Part shown: positions 31,061 through 40,622 of the stretch, in pieces
How positions within the stretch are numbered: the stretch's first letter is position 1
How the letters are laid out: each line of letters starts with the position of its first letter
Virus record (IMG/VR): IMGVR_UViG_3300042154_004306
Reading direction: 5' to 3' (one strand)
Source: a virus
Taxonomy: Duplodnaviria > Heunggongvirae > Uroviricota > Caudoviricetes
Length of the DNA stretch: 64,000 nt
Translations under genes and position numbers: made by a program
Notes under the pieces: model-generated
Told to the model about the DNA's origin: nothing
The model's database searches: none
Seen by the model: the letters and a program-made list of their open reading frames with translations, nothing else

Positions 31061-31249
31061 ATGTTAATCGTAAATACAAAGGACAATGGATCATTAGACA
31101 GAGCCCTAAAGGTACTAAAAAGAAAATTTGAACAGACTGGAACAGTTATAGAACTTCGCTCACGTAAGGAGTTCACAAAACCTAGCGTCAAACGCAGAGA
31201 AGAGATGATTGATGCAAAGTATCGCCAAACCTTTATCAAGAATGATTAA
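31061..31249 (+). CDS. rpsU: Ribosomal protein bS21
   Basis: SLDRALKVLKRKF..TG...ELRSRKEFTKPSVKRR...AKY (Bacteroidota-type). Confidence 0.93.
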   Translation: MLIVNTKDNGSLDRALKVLKRKFEQTGTVIELRSRKEFTKPSVKRREEMIDAKYRQTFIKND

Positions 31250-31709
31250 AACATTTTCAGATTTTTTGAACGAGAAAAAAAAGAATTGGAGTGGAGCTGG
31301 CGTTGCTATTGTTTACGATGCCAAAATTCTATTGGTCCATCCAGCAAATGGCAGTTGGGTCAAACCGGTTATGGGAATTCCCAAGGGTGGAGTTGAGGAG
31401 GGCGAAGACCTTCTTGATGCAGCGCTTAGAGAACTTCGTGAGGAGACCGGCATTAAACTTTCACCCGATAAATTAGAGCAACAAGTCGAGTCAATCGACA
31501 TTTTTAATAAAGACGGCAAGTACCAACATTCTCTACACTATTTCGTTTGTAGAATATCTGATCTTTCCGAAATTGGGCTAGACTCGCTAGCCGTTCCAAA
31601 ATCCCAACTTCAAAAAGAAGAGGTTGATTGGGCAGGTTTTGTTAATATCAAGGAAGCTTATGGAAAAGTTTCAAGAGCTCAATTAATAATATTAGACCGC
31701 CTTTCCTAA
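31242..31709 (+). CDS. Nudix hydrolase with N-terminal capsid-targeting-like tag
   Basis: MIKTFSDFLNE; Nudix box GGVEEGEDLLDAALRELREETG. Confidence 0.9.
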   Translation: MIKTFSDFLNEKKKNWSGAGVAIVYDAKILLVHPANGSWVKPVMGIPKGGVEEGEDLLDAALRELREETGIKLSPDKLEQQVESIDIFNKDGKYQHSLHYFVCRISDLSEIGLDSLAVPKSQLQKEEVDWAGFVNIKEAYGKVSRAQLIILDRLS

Positions 31710-31763
31710 AACTTATTTGTCCAAGCGAGTAGAATTATCTATTAAAATCAAAATTTTATTCAA

Positions 31764-32378
31764 ATGGAAAACACTCAAGAATTATTAACCGACACATTGG
31801 TTGCCGAAGAAACAACAGTTGATGTTGTAGCAAATGAGGTTGAAGAAACTCAACCTGAAACTGAATTTATCTTGGACGAAGAGCTAATGAAAGCCGCTGG
31901 ATCTCCTAACCAAGAAGGCGAGCAGTCTGCCTTAGACATGTTAATCGCGCGCAGAACTGGATTCTATCCAATCAAGTTGGATGTTGCTGACCTAAAATGG
32001 ATCAAAAATTCATGTAAATCAGGCAAGTTCACATTCACTGGACCAAACGAAGCATTCATGATAATGAACTGTTTCATGGGAGTATCTGCAGCAATCGCTA
32101 GACTTGAACAGGAAAAGGCTGAAAAAATGGAATCTACTGGATCAGTAGAGATGCAGGCAGCAGCAGTTGAAGCCGCAGCGATTCTACTTAACAAGTACGA
32201 AGGTGTTGGCCTTGAATCAGCTCAACGTGTTTTTAGAATTGCAATCGCACTAAACGGTCCAGTAATGGAAATGAAGCAACTTGATCAAATCATTAATCAG
32301 TTGAAAATCGAAGAGGCTAAACAGGATGAGCTTGCTAATCAAGCGGATTTGGAAAACACTCCAGTAAATCCTAGCTAA
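31764..32378 (+). CDS. Hypothetical acidic protein
   Basis: ORF followed by a terminator. Confidence 0.6.
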   Translation: MENTQELLTDTLVAEETTVDVVANEVEETQPETEFILDEELMKAAGSPNQEGEQSALDMLIARRTGFYPIKLDVADLKWIKNSCKSGKFTFTGPNEAFMIMNCFMGVSAAIARLEQEKAEKMESTGSVEMQAAAVEAAAILLNKYEGVGLESAQRVFRIAIALNGPVMEMKQLDQIINQLKIEEAKQDELANQADLENTPVNPS

Positions 32379-32403
32379 TTAAACAAAACGCCAATTATTC
32401 TCC

Positions 32404-32425
32404 AAAAGCCGCGACAGCGGCTTTT
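32404..32425 (+). terminator. Intrinsic terminator
   Basis: AAAAGCCGC-GACA-GCGGCTTTT. Confidence 0.8.
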
Positions 32426-32447
32426 GTTGTTTAGTATAATAACCAAT

Positions 32448-33737
32448 ATGAACAATCAAGATTTTCAAGCAGTTGTAAATTTCATTGAAGAAATGAAAGC
32501 AACTTCATCAACCAACGATAAGAAATCAATACTTAAGAAGTATGACTCTCCAGTACTCCGAAAGTTATTTGAATATGTGTATTCTCCGTTCAAACAGTAT
32601 CACGTCACTTCAGATAACCTAAAGAAGCGTCAGGATCTTAGTTTCGATAACTATGATAATCTATTCTCAATACTTGATGATCTGAATGAACGTCATGTGA
32701 CTGGTCACTCTGCTATTCAAGCCGTGAATGGTTTTATTGCCAAGAATCAAGAATTCTCAGATGTGATCTATGATGTGATTGACCGAAATCTAAAGACCAG
32801 AGCAACCGCTACTCTAATTAACTCGGTAATGCCCGGAACGGTACCAACCTTTGATGTTGCGCTAGCTGAAAAATTTGACGGCAATGAAAAGAAGGTTGAC
32901 TTTGACTCTGGTGAATGGTGGGCAAGTCGTAAGCTTGATGGAGTTCGGTGCATTACCGTAATTGATGAGCATGGCGAACCTAAATTCTATTCCAGAGCAG
33001 GTAATCAATTCTTGACCTTGGGTGTCTTGGCTGAGGACATTAAGAAACTTGGTTTACGTAGTAAAGTTTTGGACGGAGAAGTCTGTGTCATGAAGGAAGG
33101 AGGTCTTGAAGATTTCCAAGGTATAATTAAGGAAATTGGCCGTAAGGATCATACGATCGTTTCGCCTAAATATTACGTTTTTGATTTTCTTGAGCTTGAG
33201 GAATTTAGTGCTCAATCAGGTAACGTTTCACTTGCTGCAAGATTAATTATCCTAAATGCAGTAGTCACCGGGCTAGCCTATGCAGAACCGCTGGTTCAGA
33301 TACAGGTTGAGAACAAGGAGCATTTTGAGGAATTGGTGGCTGATGCAACTCAAATGGGATACGAAGGGGTCATGATGCGTAAATCAGTTGGCTATGAAGG
33401 TAAGAGATCAAAGAACCTTTTGAAAGTCAAGAAAATGCACGATGCTGAATACGTAGTAATTGATCACGAAAGCGGAGTTAACCGAGTTATTGAAAACGGT
33501 CGTGAGATTGAAGAGGTGATGTTAAAGGCCGTAATTGTCGAGCACAAAGGCAATCAAGTTAGAGTCGGTTCAGGTTTCTCTCTTGACCAAAGAAGATTTT
33601 ACCATCAAAACCCAGATGAAATTTTAGGTAAAACAATAACCGTCCAGTATTTTGAAGAAACGACCGATAAGCACGGAGAACACTCATTAAGATTTCCGGT
33701 AATAAAAGTAGTTCACGGACAGAAAAGAGAATTTTAA
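32448..33737 (+). CDS. ATP-dependent DNA ligase
   Basis: SRKLDGVR, LDGE, EGVMMR, LLKVK, VGSGF, LRFP; TAGTATAAT at 32432-32440. Confidence 0.95.
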   Translation: MNNQDFQAVVNFIEEMKATSSTNDKKSILKKYDSPVLRKLFEYVYSPFKQYHVTSDNLKKRQDLSFDNYDNLFSILDDLNERHVTGHSAIQAVNGFIAKNQEFSDVIYDVIDRNLKTRATATLINSVMPGTVPTFDVALAEKFDGNEKKVDFDSGEWWASRKLDGVRCITVIDEHGEPKFYSRAGNQFLTLGVLAEDIKKLGLRSKVLDGEVCVMKEGGLEDFQGIIKEIGRKDHTIVSPKYYVFDFLELEEFSAQSGNVSLAARLIILNAVVTGLAYAEPLVQIQVENKEHFEELVADATQMGYEGVMMRKSVGYEGKRSKNLLKVKKMHDAEYVVIDHESGVNRVIENGREIEEVMLKAVIVEHKGNQVRVGSGFSLDQRRFYHQNPDEILGKTITVQYFEETTDKHGEHSLRFPVIKVVHGQKREF

Positions 33738-33743
33738 TTAGAC

Positions 33744-34223
33744 ATGCATAAAAGAATAATACTAGTCGGCCGTGCCGCAAGTGGTAAAGACCACATCCGC
33801 AAAAAATTTGAAGCTCAAGGCTTTAGATACGCAGTCAGCTATACAACTCGTCCTCCCAGAGAAGGCGAAGTAGCTGGAGTTGATTACATCTTCATTTCTC
33901 CAGCAGAGGCTCAAGCAATGATCAAGAATGATGAGTTCTATGAGTACGTTGAGTTTAATGGTTGGCTCTATGGAACCTCAATTAGACAATTTGATGAGGA
34001 CGATGTATTCATCATGACCCCGACCGGCCTAGCTCATGTCGATGAGGACTCTCGTAAAAGGTCATTCGTCATCTTCGTTGATATTGATGAAGAGGTTAGA
34101 CGTGAGAGAATGGCGAGCCGTACCATGCCAGGAGATTCAGTCGATCGCAGAATTGAGGCAGATCGTAAGGACTTTGAGAATTTTACAAATTATAATATAC
34201 GAATAACTAACCCAGACTTTTAA
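33744..34223 (+). CDS. gmk: Guanylate kinase-like
   Basis: GRAASGKD, SYTTRPPREGE..GVDY, WLYGT. Confidence 0.85.
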   Translation: MHKRIILVGRAASGKDHIRKKFEAQGFRYAVSYTTRPPREGEVAGVDYIFISPAEAQAMIKNDEFYEYVEFNGWLYGTSIRQFDEDDVFIMTPTGLAHVDEDSRKRSFVIFVDIDEEVRRERMASRTMPGDSVDRRIEADRKDFENFTNYNIRITNPDF

Positions 34224-34228
34224 TTACT

Positions 34229-34648
34229 ATGGCATTTGAATTAACAGGAATAATCATTGAAATATTCCCAGCACAGACTTTTAACAAGGGCTTTCGCAAA
34301 AGAGAGTTCATTATTGAAACGGGAGATAAGTACCCACAAAAAATAGCTTTTGGACTTGTTCAAGACAAGTGTGACATGATTGACTCTTATGGAGTTGGCG
34401 ATACTGTTGCAGTTTCGTTTGACGTTAAGGGTCGAGACTGGACAGACAAGTCAGGTCAAACCAAATACTTCAATACTTTGGAAGCCTATCGCATCAGCGG
34501 TCAACAACGCGCAGCAGTCAAGGGCAAGCAGATGGAAGAGGACGACGATGACGAAATTTTCCGTAGCTTAGGTATTGATACTACTAGTCCAAAGAAATCA
34601 ACCGCAAAGGTTGATACGTCTTGGAGCGACGAGGACTTACCTTTTTAA
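34229..34648 (+). CDS. DUF3127-type OB-fold/SSB-like protein
   Basis: FRKREFIIET..KYPQ, FDVKGRDW, YFNTLEAYRI, acidic tail ending DLPF. Confidence 0.85.
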   Translation: MAFELTGIIIEIFPAQTFNKGFRKREFIIETGDKYPQKIAFGLVQDKCDMIDSYGVGDTVAVSFDVKGRDWTDKSGQTKYFNTLEAYRISGQQRAAVKGKQMEEDDDDEIFRSLGIDTTSPKKSTAKVDTSWSDEDLPF

Positions 34649-34680
34649 CTTTTAAAAAATATAAATTAAAAAATAAAAGT

Positions 34681-35295
34681 ATGCGTTATGTTAGTATAGA
34701 TATTGAGACTACTGGGCTTGATCCAGAGGCCTGTCAAATTTTACAGATTGGAGCAGTCATTGAAGACACGGCCGATCCCAAACCTCTAGCTGAGCTTCCT
34801 CAATTCATGTGCATACTTGAGCATGAGACCTATTCGGGCCAGCCGACTGCACTAACCATGAATGCATGGATCCTAAAGATCTTGTCAGGTATGGAAGGAC
34901 TAGGCAAGGACGATCGTATTGAGTATCGTAAAGCCAACCGCATCATTCCAGCAGCGCTTGCTGCCAAACAATTTCAAATGTGGTTGATGGCAAACGGTTT
35001 TAAAATGGAATCTACTGGGCAAGTCAAGCTCAATGTGGCCGGTAAGAACTTTGCAACATTTGACAAGCTCTTTTTACAAAAGTTACCGAGCTGGGGCTCA
35101 TGTATTCAAATGAGACAGCGTATCATTGATCCAGCCATTCTGTGCACGGATTGGGCAGAAGACGACGGTTTACCGAACTTAAATACGTGTTTGAAAAGAT
35201 TCAACTTACCTGGAGAAGTTACTCATGATGCTTGTCAGGACGCACTTGATGTGATTCGAGTAATTCGTGCAGCAACTCATAATTACACTAGCTAG
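34681..35295 (+). CDS. DEDDh 3'-5' exonuclease
   Basis: SIDIETTGL, GKNFATFD, HDACQDA. Confidence 0.9.
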   Translation: MRYVSIDIETTGLDPEACQILQIGAVIEDTADPKPLAELPQFMCILEHETYSGQPTALTMNAWILKILSGMEGLGKDDRIEYRKANRIIPAALAAKQFQMWLMANGFKMESTGQVKLNVAGKNFATFDKLFLQKLPSWGSCIQMRQRIIDPAILCTDWAEDDGLPNLNTCLKRFNLPGEVTHDACQDALDVIRVIRAATHNYTS

Positions 35296-35333
35296 GCTGA
35301 TATTCTTGGCCAGTTTTTTAGTAAATTAACTAC

Positions 35334-36302
35334 ATGATATCTAACAATGTAAGACTTGGCTATTGCTGTATTAACTTATCGCTAGCTGATCAAAAAATTA
35401 CCGCTAATCGCGGTATGATAAAGCGGACCTTTCAGCAGAAGGGTCCGTTGTACTGTGGCGAGCTTGCTCATCAAAACGTCAAGGACATTCTTAAAATTCT
35501 AGAATGGAACTTAGCTAATGACATTTATGTGTATCGTATGTCAAGCGATATTTTTCCGTGGATGTCAGAGTACGAAATTCAACAGCTTCCTAATTTTTCC
35601 AATATTCTGCCAGACATGCAGGCAATTGGTCGATTTGCACTAGCTAATGGCATACGTATTTCAATGCATCCTGGCCAATTCGATGTTTTGCCGTCTCCGA
35701 CTCAATCGGTGGTTACCAAAACAATCAAGGATTTGGATCAGCACTGCGAAATCATGGATCTTATGGGCTTGCCAACCCATGTTGGGTTTCCAATCAACAT
35801 TCATGTTGGTGGTGCGTACGGCGATAAGGTCTCAGCTGCTCAACGTTTTTGCGAAAACTTTCAGTTGCTAAAGCCCAATACCAGGGCGAGGCTGGTCGTG
35901 GAAAACGATGACAAGGCTGCTCAATATTCAGCAGCCGATCTCTATCAAATGGTTTATCTAAAGATTGGTGTACCAATCACATTCGATTTCCATCATCACC
36001 GCTTCAACACTGGTGATCTTACCGAAGAAGCTGCTCTACGCCTAGCCCATACTACTTGGCACGGTCACAAGCCTCTCACTCATTACTCAAGTTGCAAGAA
36101 AACCTTTGAAGATGCATCAGTCATTGCACGTTCTCATGCTGACCATATTTACGAGAAAATAAATAACTATGGCTTGGCTATCGACATTGAGGTCGAGGCC
36201 AAGGCCAAGGATCTTGCGGTTCTCAAGTATCGTGAGCAATACTCAAGCCTGCTTGAAAACTACTTGGAATTTAATGATACAAGATTCTTAGAAATAGTTT
36301 AA
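35334..36302 (+). CDS. uvsE: UV damage endonuclease
   Basis: LGYCCIN, YRMSS, SMHPGQF, NIHVGG, VENDD, FDFHHH, HADH, EAKAKD. Confidence 0.93.
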   Translation: MISNNVRLGYCCINLSLADQKITANRGMIKRTFQQKGPLYCGELAHQNVKDILKILEWNLANDIYVYRMSSDIFPWMSEYEIQQLPNFSNILPDMQAIGRFALANGIRISMHPGQFDVLPSPTQSVVTKTIKDLDQHCEIMDLMGLPTHVGFPINIHVGGAYGDKVSAAQRFCENFQLLKPNTRARLVVENDDKAAQYSAADLYQMVYLKIGVPITFDFHHHRFNTGDLTEEAALRLAHTTWHGHKPLTHYSSCKKTFEDASVIARSHADHIYEKINNYGLAIDIEVEAKAKDLAVLKYREQYSSLLENYLEFNDTRFLEIV

Positions 36303-36309
36303 AACTCGA

Positions 36310-36570
36310 ATGTCAACTGAGACAACTCAAAACTGCGGGTGCGGCTCAAATAGCCCGGCCCCAAAGGCAACAGTCCTAAGCCGAATCATGGACAAGGTTT
36401 TTGTTAGTGAGGCTGAGAAGAACCGCCGTATGGAAATCTGTAAAGCTTGCGAACACTTTAGTCCAACACTAGCGCAATGCGGAGTATGCGGCTGCTTTCT
36501 TGAAGCCAAGACTCGACTTGTTGGCTTTCATTGTGCTCTACCTGATATTGGTGAGGAAGCGAAGTGGTAA
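36310..36570 (+). CDS. Small Cys-rich protein
   Basis: RMEICKAC...QCGVCGCFL..K....C...KW. Confidence 0.7.
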   Translation: MSTETTQNCGCGSNSPAPKATVLSRIMDKVFVSEAEKNRRMEICKACEHFSPTLAQCGVCGCFLEAKTRLVGFHCALPDIGEEAKW

Positions 36571-36611
36571 TAATAGGTAATCCTTTTTAGTAATTTTAGT
36601 ATAATAACCCT

Positions 36612-36845
36612 ATGAGCTTCAATAAGTATTACATGCCTGCGCCGGAAAACTTGGCTACCCTAATGAAAGAGAACGGTCCAACTCACACTGTCGCTAGAAA
36701 GATAGATGCACTAATTGGTAATTCAGTCAGCATTGAAATTTTCGATTTTGCATACGAAATGGTCAGAAAAAAGGAATCGGATGAATTTGCGCTTGATGCC
36801 CTAACTCAAAAATTTCCAGACTACTTTAATGCCAAGTCCAACTAG
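36612..36845 (+). CDS. Hypothetical protein
   Basis: TAGTATAAT at 36597-36605 directly upstream. Confidence 0.65.
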   Translation: MSFNKYYMPAPENLATLMKENGPTHTVARKIDALIGNSVSIEIFDFAYEMVRKKESDEFALDALTQKFPDYFNAKSN

Positions 36846-37116
36846 AGCCAAATACGTTCATCTGATAACTGCCAGAAATGGGGAAACTGAAACTCCAATC
36901 TGCGTTGCTGCAACCTTTCGTGGAGCATTTAAGATTGCCCTGTTTGAGCAAGCAATTTCATTCCCTAACCTTTCCGAAAGGGCCGCGTTGGGTATAATGA
37001 ATCGGATGGGCCGAGTTTTTATCTGGGATTCAAAGCAATTTGAACACTTCGAAGAGGCACAGTGGTCGCCGGTCGGCAAACTGGCAATAATTCAAAAAAT
37101 ACCAGTAAAAAGATGA
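36829..37116 (+). CDS. Hypothetical protein
   Basis: Overlapping ORF in operon. Confidence 0.55.
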   Translation: MPSPTRAKYVHLITARNGETETPICVAATFRGAFKIALFEQAISFPNLSERAALGIMNRMGRVFIWDSKQFEHFEEAQWSPVGKLAIIQKIPVKR

Positions 37117-37370
37117 GTTTAGAAAAACATGTGGTTCTATGCGACTGTTATATGTCAGAACACCAATTCATTATAATTAAAGACACTGACAACCAAGACG
37201 TTTGGTTAGAAATTCACCTTAGTCCAACTCCAGGATTCCTCAAGAGATTATGGGCAGGTTTAAAATATGCATTTGGATACAGATCCAGATACGGAGACTT
37301 TGACTCCATCTTAATATCGCCGGAAGACCAGGCTTCAATCTGTCAATTATTACAAACATCTGAACAATAA
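37113..37370 (+). CDS. Hypothetical phage protein
   Basis: CDC..EHQ and FLKRLWAGLKYAFGY.SRYG.FD; ATGA coupling at 37113. Confidence 0.65.
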   Translation: MSLEKHVVLCDCYMSEHQFIIIKDTDNQDVWLEIHLSPTPGFLKRLWAGLKYAFGYRSRYGDFDSILISPEDQASICQLLQTSEQ

Positions 37371-37395
37371 AAAAGGGAGCATTTAGCTCCCTTTT
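37371..37395. terminator. Bidirectional intrinsic terminator
   Basis: AAAAGGGAGC-ATTTA-GCTCCCTTTT between convergent genes. Confidence 0.8.
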
Positions 37396-37397
37396 CT

Positions 37398-37595
37398 TTA
37401 TTCTATTAGTCCGAGTATCTTGGATTCTTGAACTGCTTCAAGTTGGCATGGCGAAATTCCTGTGCCGAATCGATTGAGCAATTTTTGTTCAGCCTCACCG
37501 ACTGAACTTGCTTCAACCAAGTACTGTTCTCTAATTTTTTTGGTTTTACCGTTGTCGTCTTCCGACTCAAATCTTAATTTTGCTAAGTAATACAT
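37398..37595 (-). CDS. DUF4494-like protein
   Basis: KLRFE...GKTKKIREQYLVEA.S..EAE (Bacteroidota family). Confidence 0.75.
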   Translation of the reverse strand: MYYLAKLRFESEDDNGKTKKIREQYLVEASSVGEAEQKLLNRFGTGISPCQLEAVQESKILGLIE

Positions 37596-37625
37596 GTTTT
37601 GCGAATTTGACTATTATACTTGAAA

Positions 37626-38066
37626 TTAGCGTTGAGTTCTTGACGGACGTAACGTAATTTTCTTTCCAGGTCTTGAATATTCGACTCTGCGAACTGCCTT
37701 ATCTACCATTTCATTGTCTGGAATCTCATTATCCTTTGCGAACATTTCTTTTTTATTCATTTCCGAAACTTCATAAGATTTCCGTAATGAGTCAGCCTCG
37801 TCCGCGAAGTCCTGCGCAAGGTCCTCGCTAGCAGTATCGTTTATCTCAACCGTTAGGTCGTCCAATAGGTCCCTAACTCTAGTTGAGGTCTCGTATTTTT
37901 CAGAGTATGGATCGATCTCGGTTGGATTTTGCATGTATTGATTAGCAAGTTTAATTAACTCCTTTGCCATGGTGTGATAGAAACGATCTGATGTTAGGTC
38001 AGGTTTTTGATGAAAGTCATCAAACGCTTCTTCAAAGCTTTCAAATAGGGCAATGTAATTTTTCAT
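37626..38066 (-). CDS. Tag-bearing late protein
   Basis: MKNYIALFESF; late promoter at 38093-38100. Confidence 0.6.
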   Translation of the reverse strand: MKNYIALFESFEEAFDDFHQKPDLTSDRFYHTMAKELIKLANQYMQNPTEIDPYSEKYETSTRVRDLLDDLTVEINDTASEDLAQDFADEADSLRKSYEVSEMNKKEMFAKDNEIPDNEMVDKAVRRVEYSRPGKKITLRPSRTQR

Positions 38067-38103
38067 TGATATTTGGTATAATTTTAGTAAAGTTATTTAT
38101 CTT

Positions 38104-39003
38104 ATGAAAAACATACATTTAATAGCAACAGATAAACCAAGTAGGTTATCCATTTTAAATAGCGGTAAATTAAACTTTGGTGCAGAAATAATGAGTTCAT
38201 CTAACTCTAGACCACAAAATTTGTACATCACTAATGATGAAGAAATTAAAGAAGGTGATTATAGTTTTTATCCTCCTTTTGGAGTAAGCAAAAATATAAT
38301 TATTGATGGAGAATTAGTTTTTCACATAGAAGCTAAAAATGGTAAAGGATTTTTTACTCAAAGAACTTATCAAACTTTAGACAGAAATAAAAAAATAATC
38401 CTAACAACAGACCAAGAGTTAATCAAAGATTGTGTACAACCTATTGATGATGAGTTTTTAGAATGGTTTGTAGAGAATCCAAGTTGTGAGGAGGTTGAGA
38501 TAGAAAATTGGTACAACAAATACTTATCTTGTTGTAGGTCAAAAGAAGAGTGTTATTGTAATAAAAAAAGAATCATTATTCCACAAGAAGAACATCCTAA
38601 TCAGATTAAGTGTTATTGTGGTCATACAACAACTTGTGATTGTAGTCCATTAGAAGAACCTAAACAATTTACTCCTGAAATGTTAGTAGATTTAAAACAG
38701 GGTTTAGATAACGCTATACAAAAAAGTAATCCACTGTTTCCAAACTATAACTTTTTAAATAAAAAAGAAGAACCTAAACAAGAAACACTTGAAGAAGTTG
38801 AAAAAGTTGCAAAACTAAAATATGGAGCTACTATATATGGTTTAGAAAGGGTAAATGCTTTTAAAGCAGGTTACAAATTAGCACAAGAAAGAAGTTATAG
38901 TGAGGAAGAAGTCTATCACATACTTGTTGAACATACTGCATTTTTATTTCAAGGTGGTAAATCAACATTATCAGAATGGTTTGAACAATTTAAAAAGAAA
39001 TAA
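38104..39003 (+). CDS. Modular array protein 1 (long type)
   Basis: MKNIH..TDKPSR, YITNDEEIKEGD, KIILTTDQ, IDDEFLEWFV.NPSCE, EPKQETLEE, QERSYSEEEV, EQFKKK. Confidence 0.8.
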   Translation: MKNIHLIATDKPSRLSILNSGKLNFGAEIMSSSNSRPQNLYITNDEEIKEGDYSFYPPFGVSKNIIIDGELVFHIEAKNGKGFFTQRTYQTLDRNKKIILTTDQELIKDCVQPIDDEFLEWFVENPSCEEVEIENWYNKYLSCCRSKEECYCNKKRIIIPQEEHPNQIKCYCGHTTTCDCSPLEEPKQFTPEMLVDLKQGLDNAIQKSNPLFPNYNFLNKKEEPKQETLEEVEKVAKLKYGATIYGLERVNAFKAGYKLAQERSYSEEEVYHILVEHTAFLFQGGKSTLSEWFEQFKKK

Positions 39004-39004
39004 T

Positions 39005-39217
39005 ATGAAACAAGAAACCACTATTGAAGAAGCAGCTAAAGAATTTGTATTATCTCATGATTTTTCACAACTTACTAATCCAAATCATTTAGCAAATAGG
39101 TGTTTTCAATATGGTGCTAAATGGCAACAAGAAGATATTTTAGAGCTATTAAAAGTAAATGGATATGAAGATGAACCTATATTTGATTTAATTATTGAAC
39201 AATTTAAAAAGAAATAA
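39005..39217 (+). CDS. Modular array protein 2 (short type)
   Basis: MKQETTIEEAA...GAKWQQE...EQFKKK; ATG directly after repeat. Confidence 0.75.
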   Translation: MKQETTIEEAAKEFVLSHDFSQLTNPNHLANRCFQYGAKWQQEDILELLKVNGYEDEPIFDLIIEQFKKK

Positions 39218-39218
39218 G

Positions 39219-39497
39219 ATGAAAGAAACACTTGAAGAAGCTAAATTAAGACAATTATTTAAAAACAGAAGTAATTGCTATGCTGATGCAGATGATGTAG
39301 TTCAAACAATGGATGAGGATTGCTTTATTTCAACTATTAATGAATGGCAACAAGAAAGAAGTTATAGTGAAGAAGAAGTTAGACAAATGCTATTTGATTT
39401 AGGAGATGTTTTATTTAATAATTGTCAAAATGGTATTGAAGAAGGAGAACCTGAAAAATACTTTGATGTAATTATTGAACAATTTAAAAAGAAATAA
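39219..39497 (+). CDS. Modular array protein 3 (short type)
   Basis: MKETLEEA...WQQERSYSEEEV...EQFKKK. Confidence 0.75.
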   Translation: MKETLEEAKLRQLFKNRSNCYADADDVVQTMDEDCFISTINEWQQERSYSEEEVRQMLFDLGDVLFNNCQNGIEEGEPEKYFDVIIEQFKKK

Positions 39498-39498
39498 T

Positions 39499-39738
39499 AT
39501 GAAACAAGAAACACTTGAAGAAGCTGCTGAAAAATATGCAAGAAAACAATGTGATGATATGTATGACAATCAAGGTCTTACAGGTGCATCTTGGGGATGG
39601 GAAACATCATTAGATTTTATTAATTGGATTGATGAAAAAGAAATCCCAAGAGAAGATGGATTATGGATTATGTACTTTAATGGTAAAGACAATTATTTAA
39701 CTACCAAAGAACTATTTGAACAATTTAAAAAGAAATAA
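39499..39738 (+). CDS. Modular array protein 4 (short type)
   Basis: MKQETLEEAA...EQFKKK. Confidence 0.75.
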   Translation: MKQETLEEAAEKYARKQCDDMYDNQGLTGASWGWETSLDFINWIDEKEIPREDGLWIMYFNGKDNYLTTKELFEQFKKK

Positions 39739-40622
39739 TGAAAAACATACACGTATTACCAACAGATAAACCAAGTAGGGTTTATAAACATTTAGGTAGA
39801 GAACTTAAACATACTGTAAGATATTTTGAACAAAAGGGACTTTTATGTATAAACCAACACATCTACATCACTAACGATGAAGAAATTAAAGAAGGAGATT
39901 ACTTTTGGAAACCTGATTGTAATATGATTTTCAAAGCAGAGTACACACCACATAAAGGTTGTGAAAAAATCATCTTAACAACAGACCACGACTTAATCAA
40001 AGATGGTGTTCAAGGTATTGATGATGAGTTTCTTGAATGGTTTGTTAAGAATCCAAGTTGTGAGAGTGTAGAGGTTGACAAAAATTGGAATTACCCATTA
40101 GATAAAAGTTGGGAATACAAAATCATCATTCCAAAAGAAGAACCTACAGAAAATTGTGAAAATTGTAAGCAACCTATTAGTAAATATGGGTGTGCTTGTG
40201 GTAAACAAATAGAAGAACCTAAACAAGAAAATTGTTGTACACCTATTGGTCAGATTAAAAGGTATGTTGATTGTATAGGATGTGATAGAAAACCTAAACA
40301 AGAAGAAAATGAAATTATTGATATTTCAGACCATGATGGGATAGGTAATGCGGTAGACAATCTTAATAATGAACCACCACAAGAAACACTTGAAGAAGCT
40401 GCATATAGATTATCAATTGAAAAATTTGAACCTAAACATACAGCTTTTATGTTAGGAGTAATTGAAGGTGCTAAATGGCAAGCTGAGAGAATGTATAGTG
40501 AGGAAGATTTAAGAGAAGCATTTAAACAATCAAGACAAGCAAAAATATTTAAAGAAGGTATGCCACCTGTTTGGGAATCTTTTGAAGATTACATCAACTC
40601 ACTAAACAAACAAGACAAATGA
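39738..40622 (+). CDS. Modular array protein 5 (long type)
   Basis: Same N-terminal blocks, several Cys-rich inserts between EEPKQE linkers, EGAKWQAERMYSEE. Confidence 0.8.
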   Translation: MKNIHVLPTDKPSRVYKHLGRELKHTVRYFEQKGLLCINQHIYITNDEEIKEGDYFWKPDCNMIFKAEYTPHKGCEKIILTTDHDLIKDGVQGIDDEFLEWFVKNPSCESVEVDKNWNYPLDKSWEYKIIIPKEEPTENCENCKQPISKYGCACGKQIEEPKQENCCTPIGQIKRYVDCIGCDRKPKQEENEIIDISDHDGIGNAVDNLNNEPPQETLEEAAYRLSIEKFEPKHTAFMLGVIEGAKWQAERMYSEEDLREAFKQSRQAKIFKEGMPPVWESFEDYINSLNKQDK

